From assembly GCF_009914755.1 (NCBI RefSeq), contig NC_060947.1: 64,000 nucleotides of DNA. One strand, given 5' to 3'. Shown here one piece after another: positions 43,110 through 64,000 of this stretch (positions within the stretch are counted from its first letter, which is position 1; every line of letters starts with the position of its first letter). The position numbers were made by a program, and so were the translations under genes. The stretch is from the human T2T-CHM13v2.0 reference genome, Homo sapiens. The notes under the pieces were generated by a model. That model was given only the letters and a program-made list of their open reading frames with translations, was not told where the DNA came from and ran no database searches.

Positions 43110-44130
43110 AGCAGTCAGACCTTCTTGCTTAATGTGGGTTGTAAGTTATAGAAACCCATTTCAAATGAACTTAAGGAGTAAAGGCAATGTATTATAAAGA
43201 AATGGAGGCAACTCACAAAACCCAAAGGCAGGACATGCAGTCTCATGAGTTAATGGAACTAGAACCAGGAAAGCATTAGGGTCATTGGCACAAATTCTCA
43301 TCTCTACTTTTTCCTGCACATCTAATTGTCTGCCCCTCTCTTCCCTCTCCCTCTTGCTCTCTCTTTTTCTCCTTCTCCTTCTGCTCTTGCCCCTCCTCCT
43401 CCTGTGCCTTCTTTTTCTTTTCCTCTCTTTCCTTTTTTTCCTCTCACGCTCTTTCTAGATAACTTTAATTTTGTTGGTGTGTATAAATCCAAACATGGCC
43501 ATTTCATAGCTCCCAGGATTACATTTTCCCAAGTCATCTCCTGCTTAGAGAACACAGATCAGAAACGAGTCCTGACTTTTTCTCTCAATCATTACTTTCA
43601 AATTCCTGGGATATAAAATCTGAGCAGATCACATTGGTCAGATATTTACCTTTGGCCAAGGGAAGGGGGAAACCTATCCCTATGGGGGGTAGGGGTTAGT
43701 TCTGGGAGGAGAGAAATATGGATTGGCAGTCATGTAAAACATGTCTGCCACAGCCACATAAACAGGCTCTAGCAGAAAATGACTGAACAATAGGAAAGTG
43801 GCAGGGAGTGAATTACACATGATAAACTAGTTTATGTTGTGCTAAGAAATATTTCATAAATCTTGATAACTTGAAACAAAAATACATTTTCACTATTTGT
43901 TCCATAAAAGTCCACAGGGTACTCAATGTAGTCACTCAGGTACCCAGACTTACAGACTCTCTAACATCTCAGTAGGTACTTGCAAGTTTGCTAAAGCAGG
44001 AAAAGAGAGGTCTAGAGAGTCAATCAATGACACTCAAATGCTGGCTTTGCCTGTGATGCACTTAAATTCTGCTCAAATTTCACTGGCTGGAGTTAGGTCA
44101 AATAGACATGCCTAACTTCAAGGGAGTGAA
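43110..44130. mobile_element. Ancient LTR remnants (LTR33-like ~43110-43750, MLT1-like ~43820-44130) with a CT-rich tract at 43330-43455
   Basis: gggttgtaagttatagaaacccatttcaaatgaacttaagg; ...ggctggagttaggtca...cctaacttcaagggag resemble these families. Confidence 0.45.
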
Positions 44131-44149
44131 TGAAGAACTGTATTCTTGA

Positions 44150-49110
<4,961 letters not shown>

Positions 49111-49574
49111 ATGACACTCTTACATTTTTCTTAAAGTAAATTTCATGGCAACAGTTTTTTGGGATGCCCAAGGCACTCTGCTTTTCAACTTTCAGGAGGA
49201 CCAAAGAATGATAGCACTCGTGCCAAGGCTGTTGCATGACAACTCCAATGCTATATTAGTTCTGTTATTTTGCTGGCACTAATACAGCTCTTAGGTCCAC
49301 CACTTAATTAGAACTATTAATTTCATTCATATGATTTTTTGTTAAAATATTACAAAGGGTTGGGTGTTTCTGTATATTTAGGTCTACATCCTGTTTTAAG
49401 GTTGCATATCGAATTTTCATAAATTGTTTGTAGAGACCCAACTATAACTTCTGTCCATCTTGTGTTATCTCTTCATCATTTTTAGACCCCCAGCTAACTG
49501 TGCCAACTCCTACTACTTTATGACCTTCTTTAATTTCTTCCAATAATCAGAAATTGTAAGGGACTTTTATTTTT

Positions 49575-49760
49575 CTGGAGTAAAATTGCCTGAATTCAAG
49601 TCCTCCTCTACCACTCACTTTTCTGTGTGACTTTAGGCAAGAGACTTGAAACTTTCTTTGGTCTCAGTTTCCCATCTTAAATGGGAGAAAATAATATCAA
49701 CTTTATAGAGTTTCTGGCAAGGTAAAATATTGTAATAAACTCTTGGCACATGGTGAAACA
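49575..49760 (+). mobile_element. MIR
   Basis: ttgcctgaattcaagtcc...ctgtgtgactttaggcaag...ctcagtttcccatct. Confidence 0.75.
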
Positions 49761-49989
49761 TAAAGACACTAGAAGAGTTGGTACTTACTAAGCCATTATA
49801 TCCAGCCTTTAATTATTATGACTACACAGTGCAACAACTTCTAGGAGTATCCCCATTTTAGAAATGAGAAAACACAATGGATTCTAATGGAAAGAGTGAA
49901 GATTAAAGCACAAGCTTCTTATCTGTTATGTTCATAAATGTCTACTAGCATAGACTCCGTAGTTCTCTAAGGAATTTTTTTATAAACAC

Positions 49990-50357
49990 AATTTACAATA
50001 AAGCAAATTCGTGTTTAGTGAGTCCTACAAGCTTGTCTCCCAAATTAAAACTTTTTTTTACTACTTCATGAAAATCATTCTTAAGTGCAACTGGATTTTT
50101 TTTTCTTCAAATGCATTGCAGTGAAAAACACGATGACTTGGAATTTGATTTATGATTTGGAATTACTGCCATGATTTATGCTAAGGTGCGTGAAGTTTTA
50201 CCTACTATTGCTTTTGAGCCATCAATGCAGATGTCAACATAGTGGAAAAGACAAACGACATCTTCATATTATTATGAAAATAATTTTGACCTCATGAACC
50301 CCCTGAATATGTCTCAGGTACCCTCAGGGGTTCATTGACCACACTGAGAAACACTGA
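49990..50357. mobile_element. hAT-Charlie (Charlie1-like) DNA transposon terminal fragment
   Basis: Ends ...attattatgaaaataattttgacctcatgaaccccctg...gaccacactgagaaacactg, a Charlie-type terminal inverted repeat. Confidence 0.65.
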
Positions 50358-50500
50358 CTGAGCAGCCACCTAAAATCATGCATTTTTACTATATTCCACA
50401 AGATGGTGATATTGTAATGTGCATCAGAAATTAAAAGTTGGGTCACAATTGAATAATTTAAAAAAATTGTTCACTTTCAGAAAATTATGTGGGTAAAATA

Positions 50501-50559
50501 TTTCCTTCCTTCCTTCCTTCCTTCCTTCCTTCCTTCCTTCCTTCCTTCCTTCCTTCCTT

Positions 50560-50592
<33 letters not shown>
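50501..50592. repeat. (TTCC)n-(CT)n-(CTTT)n compound microsatellite
   Basis: Seen directly. Confidence 0.95.
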
Positions 50593-50896
50593 AGAAAATT
50601 TACTTGGTGAGCTCTTGAAACACCAAGTCCATCTTTTCTGAGTCCTAACTTTCATCATGGAAACTTGCTTTCTAAATACGGCTTTACCAATGGCTGCCTC
50701 CTACAGAAACCTAATGTTAATTTGGAGGATGACATTTTGCAATTGCGGAAACCAACAGGCTCTTGGAACCTTATCATTTAGTGCTTTTTAATTAAGAAAA
50801 TTTTACCTTCTTCCAAATGACAATTTCACTTTTGTAGTTGCATATCACATGCTCTGGAATTCTATGAATCTTTATTGGAGAAAGGATCCCTCAGTT

Positions 50897-51072
50897 CTGT
50901 GGTTCTTACGCCTTTTATGTTTTGAGTGAAGGAATACAGATCCACTTGTGAATTTGATAAAAGCTGTGGATTCTCATCCCAGAAAAATGTACATGCATCT
51001 ATGTGAAATTTTGCATACAATTTCACATGGCTCATTGTATTCTGAAGTTATTACTTGGATTAAGAACCTCTG
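50897..51072. mobile_element. hAT-Charlie MITE-like element
   Basis: Imperfect TIRs ctgtggttctta ... taagaacctctg, with internal cccagaaaaatgtacat...ttttgcatacaatttca. Confidence 0.55.
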
Positions 51073-51764
51073 CCTTAGTGGAAGAAACTATTGCCAAACC
51101 TCATATAGCCCCTTCAGCTTAGGTTAAAAAAAAAACAGTTGATATTAGAGGAAAGAGATATAAAGTCTTTATATAATCTTACTGCTTTGTCCTTATTACA
51201 GACTTTGTCTATACGCTGTAAAATAGTGTTTTCCTCACTTAAACATCCCATGCCTCTTGTTGATAAGAGTACAAATGTCATGCACCCATCAGAATTCTGA
51301 TATAGATTTTTTGCCAAAAGGGACTTTTCTCTTCACCTCCCGAATTATGCTGTATGTTTTTCATATCCCCCACTAGTCAGGAAGATTTTGCCAGGCTTTA
51401 TTTTTGTATTTATGTTGCAAAGCAGTGCTACCTTTTTCATTTTTTAGGTATAAAATTATAATATTTAAAATGATAGTTTTTTTTCAAATTATCTGCAAAC
51501 TACACTACCTTCAGAGCTTTTGACATTTTTTGAAAAGTTCTACCTTCTGAAATTCCTACATTATTAGACTTTCATACATTTAATTTTTGTAGACATTTCT
51601 TTTGGACTATTTCCCTATGGCAAATAGTCTAGAAAAGGGAACCTGTAAAGTCACTGATTTAAGATATCTTCTGAAGAATTTTTTTTTTCATAAAAACAAT
51701 TTTAGAGAGTCTGGAAATGTTTTATTTGCATTTTTTAAATGTATGTATTTTGGCTTAAATATGT

Positions 51765-52030
51765 AAATAAGAATATGTAATATATGTTTTTCTGCGTGTA
51801 GCTTATTTTATTTAACATAATATCTTCCAGTTCATCCATATTTGGCAAATGAAAGACTTTCATTCTTTTATATGACTAAATAATATTCCATTTTGTATCT
51901 GTACCACTTTTTTATTCATTTATTCATTGATGAAAACTTAGATGGATCATTAAACATCATGTGCTTATATTGACATGTACACCTAAATATGTATAATTAT
52001 TATTAATCCATAATAATTATAGATATTTAA
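51765..52030. mobile_element. Old L1M 3' fragments in opposite orientations
   Basis: Reverse L1 3'UTR to ~51947, then a forward L1M terminus (aaacatca...tgtacacctaaatat). Confidence 0.5.
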
Positions 52031-52654
52031 AAAACATGAAATGTGTCTATGATTAAATACAGTTAAAACTTATAATTTTCATAAAAATAAAATGTATATT
52101 TATGACTGAAACAAAAACTTCAAACACATATATTCATAAGTTTTATGAATCAAATTTAACACCACCTTAACTTGTGATCTTTTTAACTTTGTCATATAAA
52201 TTAATTATAAATTTGAACTCATAAATTAGATTTATATTAATAAAATGACACTCTCTTTTTGTGTTCTTTTTTGGAAAAGGGTCAGTATATAATTTTGCCT
52301 GGTAATAGGATTCTTCTCAGATTATTGCCTTAAACTATTATTTACACCACTGTCACATATTCCTCTCCCCATATAATTGCCCCTTTCATGTTTTCCCATT
52401 CTTACTACCATGCTGTCTCACATTTCCCTTCATCTCTCTCATCATACTCCTTCACATTTTCTTTTTTTTAACTTTTAATTTTTTGTGGATTTGTAGTAGG
52501 TGTATATAATTGTGGGATATTTTGCAATAGGCATACAATGTGTAATAATCACATCAGAATAAATGGGGTAGCCATCACCCCAAGCATTTATCATTTGTTG
52601 TACAATCCAATTATACTCTTTTAGATAATATAAAATGTACATTAAAAATTATTT

Positions 52655-59040
<6,386 letters not shown>

Positions 59041-59891
59041 TTTCCAATTAAATTATTATTCACTATACTCATCCTGTTGTGCTATCAAACACTATCTTAT
59101 TCATTCTTTATAACTATTCTCTGTACCCGTTAATCATCCCCACTCCCCATCACCTCCTGTTCCTCTTCCCAGTCTCTGGTAACCATCCTTCTACTATCTA
59201 TCTATATGAGTTCAAATGTTTAAATTTGTGGTTCCCACAAATTAGTGAGAATATGTAAAGTTTGTCTTTATGTGCCTAGCTTATTTCACTTAATATAATG
59301 ACCTCAAGTTTCATCCAGGCTGTTGCAAATGACAGAATCTCATTCCTTTTTATTGCTGAAGAGTACTCCATTGTGTATATGTACCACATTTTTAAATCCA
59401 TTCATCTGTTTATGAATACTTGGGATGCTTCCAGATCTTGGCTATTGTGAATAGTGCTACAGTATACATGGGAGGGCAGGTGTCCCTTTGATATACTGAT
59501 TTCCTTTCTTTCATATATATTCCTGTTAATGGAATTTCTGGATCATATGGTAGTTCTATTTTTAGTTTTTTGAGAAATCTCCAAACTATTCTTCATAGTA
59601 GTTGTACTAACTTACATTCCCACCAACAGTGTACAAAGGTTTCCTATTCTCCACATCCTTGCCAACATTTGTTATTGCCTGACTTTTGGATAAAAGCCAT
59701 TTTAACTGGGGTGAGATGATATCTCATGGTAGTTTTGATTTACATTTCTCTGATGGTCAATGATGTTGAGCACCTTTTTATATGCCTGTTTGCCATCTGT
59801 ATGTCTTCTTTTGAGAAATGTCTTTTCAAATCATTGGCATATTTTAAAATCAGACAATTAGATATTTTTTCCTATAGAGTTGGTTGATGTC

Positions 59892-60259
59892 TGTAGTAGT
59901 CCATTCTCAAACTGCTATGAAGAATACCTGAGACTGGGTAATTTATAAAGGAAAGAGATTTAATTGACTCACAGTTCCACATGGCTGGGGAGGTCTCTGG
60001 AAACTTACAATCATGGCAGAAGGTGAAGGGGAAGCAGGGCACATCTTCTCATGGTGGCAGCAGCAGGGTAGGGGGTGGGGGAACTGCCAAACACTTTTAA
60101 AACCATCAGAACATATGAGAACTCACTCACTATTATGAGAACAGAATAGAGGAAACAGCCCCCATGATCCAGTCACCTCCCACCAGGCCCCTTCCTCAAC
60201 AGGTTGGGATTACAATTTGAGATGAGATTTGGGTAGAGACATAGAGCCAAGCCATATCA
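59892..60259 (-). mobile_element. MaLR solo LTR (MSTA/THE1D-like)
   Basis: tgtagtagtccattctc...gccatatca, complete LTR inside L1MA. Confidence 0.88.
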
Positions 60260-60712
60260 ACCTCTTTATATATATTCTGATTTTTAACCCCTTGTCAGAT
60301 GGATAACTTGCAAATACTTTTTCCCATTATGTGAGTTGTCTATTTACTTTATTGATTCTTTAATTTGCTATGCAGAAGCTCTTTAACTTTGTGTGATTCT
60401 GGTTGGACATTTTTGCTCTTGTTGCCTGTGCTGGTGAAGTATTACTCAATAAATCTTCGCACAGTCCAATTTCTGGCGAGTTTTCCAAGTGTTTTGTTTC
60501 AGTAGTTTCATAGATTTAAGTCTCTAATACATTTTTATTTGATTTTTCATATGGTGAGAGACAGGGTCTAGTTTCATTATTATGCATATGTTTCTCTAGT
60601 TTGTCCAGAACCATTTATTAAATAGACTGCTCTTTCCTCAATGTATGTTTTTGGCACCTATGTTGAAAACGAGTTCACTGTAGATATATGAATTTATCTC
60701 TGGTTCTCTATT

Positions 60713-63700
60713 CTTTTTTTTTAAATTGTGGGTACATAGTAGGTGTATATATTTAGAAGATACACTGTATGTTTGGATACAGGCATGCAATTTGAAATAA
60801 GCACATCATGGAGAATGGGCTATCTGTTCTCTCAAGCATTTATCCTTTGAGTTACAAACAATCCAGTTACTATCTTGTGGTTTTATTTTTTCTTTTTTAA
60901 TAATTTTATTTCAATAATTTTTTGAAAACAGGTGGTTTTGGGTTACATGAATAAGCTCTTTAGGGATGATTTCTGAGATTTTGGTCCACCCATTACCTAA
61001 TCAGTGTACACTCTACCCAATATGTAGTCTCTTATCTCTCACCCTCCTTCCACTCTTCCCTGAGTCTCCAAAGTCCATTATATGCTTTGCATTCTCATGG
61101 AAGTAGCTCCCACTTATAAGTGAGAACATGCAATATTTGGTTTTCTATTCTTGAGTTACTTCACTTGGAATAATGGTCTCCAATTCCATCCAAATTTCTG
61201 CAAATGCTATTGTCTTATTCCATTTTATGGCTGGGTAGCATTCCATGGTGTATATATACCATATTTTCTTTATCCACTTGTTGGTTTTGGGTTGGTTTCA
61301 TATTTTTGTAATTGTGCTGCTTTAGACATGTGTGTGCAAGTGTCTCTTTCATATAATGACTTATTTTTCTTTTGGTAGATACCCAGTGAGGGGATTGCTG
61401 GATCAAATGTTACATCTACTTTTAGTTATTTAATAAATTTCCATAGTGTTTTCTGTAGTGGTTGTACTCGTTTACATTCCACCAGCAGTGTAAAAGTGTT
61501 TCCTTTTCACCATGTCCACATCAACATTTATTATTTTTTGATTTAAGAAAGTATGGCCATTCTTGCAGGAGTGAGGTTCTATCACACTGTGGTTTTAATT
61601 TGCATTTTTCTGATAATTAGTGATGTTGAGTTTTTTTTATACCCTTGTTGTGTGTATATCTTTTGACAATTGTGTATTCATGTCCTTTGCCCACTTTTTG
61701 ATGGAATTATTTTTTTCCTTGATGATTTGTTTGAATTCCTTGTAGATTCTGAATATTAGTTGTTTGTTGGATGTATAGCTCATGAAGATTTTCTCCCACT
61801 CTGTGGGTTGTCTGTTAACTCTGCTAATTATTTGTTTTGCTGTGCAGAAGCTTTTTAGTTAAATAAGTCCCATCTATTTATTTTTGTTTTTGTTACATTT
61901 GCTTTTGGGCTCCTGGTCATGAATTCTTTGCCTATGCCAATGTCTAGAAGAGTTTTTCTGATATCATCTTGTAGAATTTTTATAATTTCAGGTCTTATAT
62001 TTAGGTCTGTGATCCATCTTGAGTTGATTTTTTATATGGTGAGAGATGAGGATCCAGCATCATTCTTCTAAATGTGGCTTGCCAATTATCTCAGCAGCAT
62101 TTGTTGAATAGGGTGTTCTTTCTCCAGTTTATGGTTTATTTATTTATTTATGTATTGCTTTGTTGAAGATCAGTTGGTTGTAAGTATCTGGCTTTATTTC
62201 TTGGTTCTATATTATGTTCCATTGGTCTACATGACTCTTTTAATGCCAGTACCTTACTCTTTTGGTAACTATAGCCTTGTAGTATAGTTTGAAGTTGGGT
62301 AATGTGATGCCTCCAGATTTATTCTTTTTGTTTAGTATTGAACTCTGAACAGACCAATAACAAACAGCGAGATAGAATCAGTAATAAAAAAATTGCCAAA
62401 AACAAAAAGCCCAGGACCAGACAGATACACCAGTGAATTCTATTAGAAATTCAAAGAAGAATTGGTACCAATTCTACTGAAACTGTTTCAAAAGATAGAG
62501 AAAGAGAGAATCCTCCTTAAATTATTCTATGAAGCCAGTATCAACCTAACACCAAAGCCAGGAAAATACGTGACAAAAAGGAAAAGTACAGACAAATATC
62601 CCTCATGAACATAGATGCAAAAATCCACAACAAAAATACTGGCTAACCAAATTCAGCAATATATTAAAAAGATAATACATCATGATCAAGTGGGTTTTAT
62701 ACCAGGGATGCAGGGATGGTTTTATATACTCAAATCAATAAATGTAATGCATTACATTAACAGAATTAAAAACAAGAATTATATGATCATCTCAATAGAT
62801 GCAGAAAAAGCATTTGACAAAATCGAGCATCCTTTATGATAAAATCTCTCAACAAAATTGGCACAGAAGGGACACAACTCAAAGTAATAAAAGCCATCTA
62901 TGACAAACCGACAGCACTGAATGGGGAAGAGCCAAAAGCATTGCCCCTGAGCACTAGAATAAGAGAAGGATGCCCATTTTTATCACTTCTATTAAACATA
63001 GTACTGGAAGTCCTAGCCAGAGCAATCAGACAAGAGAAAAAAGTAAAGGAAATCCAAATTGAAAAAGAGGAAGTCAAAGTGTCAATGTTTGCTGATAATA
63101 TGATTGCATACCTAGAAAACCCTAAAGACTCCTTTAAAAAGCTCTTAGATCTGATAAATAAATTCAGTAAAGTTTCAGGATATAAAATCAATGTACACAA
63201 ACCAGTAGCACTGCCATACACCAACAACGACCAGCTGAGAATCAAATCAAGAACTCCATCCCTTTTACAACAGCTGCAGAAAAATAAAATACTTAGGAAT
63301 ATACTTAGCTAAGGAAGTGAAAGATCTTTATGAGGAAAACTAAAAAACACTGCTGAAAAAAATCACAGATGACACAAACAAATGGAAACGCATCTCATGC
63401 TCATGAACAGGTAGAATCAATTTTGTTAAAATGGCCATACTTCCCATACCAATTTACAAATTAATGCAATTCCCATGAAAATACCATCATCATTCTTCAC
63501 AGAACAAGAATAAAACAATCCTAAAATTCATGTGAAACCCAAAAGAGCCTGCATAGCCTAAACAATACTAAGCAATTGCATTCTTTAAGCTATTTAAAGA
63601 TATATAATAAAGTTATTACAGACTGTGTAGTCACTCTTGTGCTATCAATAGTAAGCCTTATTTATTCTTTCTATATTTTTTGTACCCATTAACCATCCCC

Positions 63701-63785
63701 ACCTACCCTTCAGCCCGCTACTACTCTTCTCAGCCTTTGGTATCCATCCTTCTACTCTCCATGTTCATGAGTCTGTTTTTATTTT
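60713..63785 (-). mobile_element. Second L1MA (L1MA1-like) 3' end, pieces ~60713-60880 and ~63575-63785, split by an L1PB
   Basis: ...ttacaaacaatccagttac | caattgcattctttaagctattt... is contiguous in the L1MA 3'UTR. Confidence 0.75.
60882..63576 (-). mobile_element. L1PB insertion with 5' inversion (minus part 60882-62340, inverted plus part 62341-63576)
   Basis: L1PB 3'UTR in reverse, strand switch at 62340/62341. The plus part carries RT remnants (ORFs 62615-63312) and ends at the L1 position where the minus part starts. Confidence 0.88.
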
Positions 63786-64000
63786 TATTAGAACTGATAA
63801 ACAAATTCAGTAAAGTTGCAGGATACAAAATCAACATACAAAAATCAGTAGCATTTCTATATGCCAGCAGTGAACAATGTGAAAAAGAAATTAAAAAGTA
63901 ATCCCATTTATAATAACCACATGTAAAATTAAATACCTAGAAATTAACTTAACCAAGGTGAAATATCTTTACAATGAAAACTATAAAACCCTAATGAAGG
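63786..64000 (+). mobile_element. L1 ORF2 fragment, runs off window end
   Basis: [25 protein letters not shown]. Confidence 0.85.

Noticed and set aside
43322-43616. Pro/Ser-rich and Gly/Lys/Arg-rich ORFs
   Set aside because: Translations of a CT-rich low-complexity tract.

Overview
Primate (most likely human) AT-rich genomic DNA made mostly of interspersed repeats. By my rough tally LINE-1 covers about half the window: near-full-length L1PB-, L1PA16- and L1PA8-like copies, an L1PA4/5-L1PB chimera, and nested L1MA fragments. Also present are an ERV-L provirus relic, a complete THE1 MaLR element, solo LTRs, three Alus, L2/MIR and hAT-Charlie remnants. The only recognisable cellular-gene sequence is an HMGN1 processed pseudogene (13542-15037, minus strand, TSD-flanked, Alu-interrupted). 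No intact protein-coding gene is supported, and nearly all long ORFs in the track are L1/ERV/Alu debris. I found no convincing novel biological system. The best leads are: (i) exon-like segments on the + strand in the unique DNA, one apparently split by the HMGN1 retrocopy, which may be a decayed unrecognised multi-exon gene or lncRNA; (ii) two locally templated insertions inside L1s; (iii) clear twin-priming L1 inversions. Repeat subfamily names come from remembered consensus sequences and need RepeatMasker/Dfam confirmation. Boundaries of old repeats are approximate.
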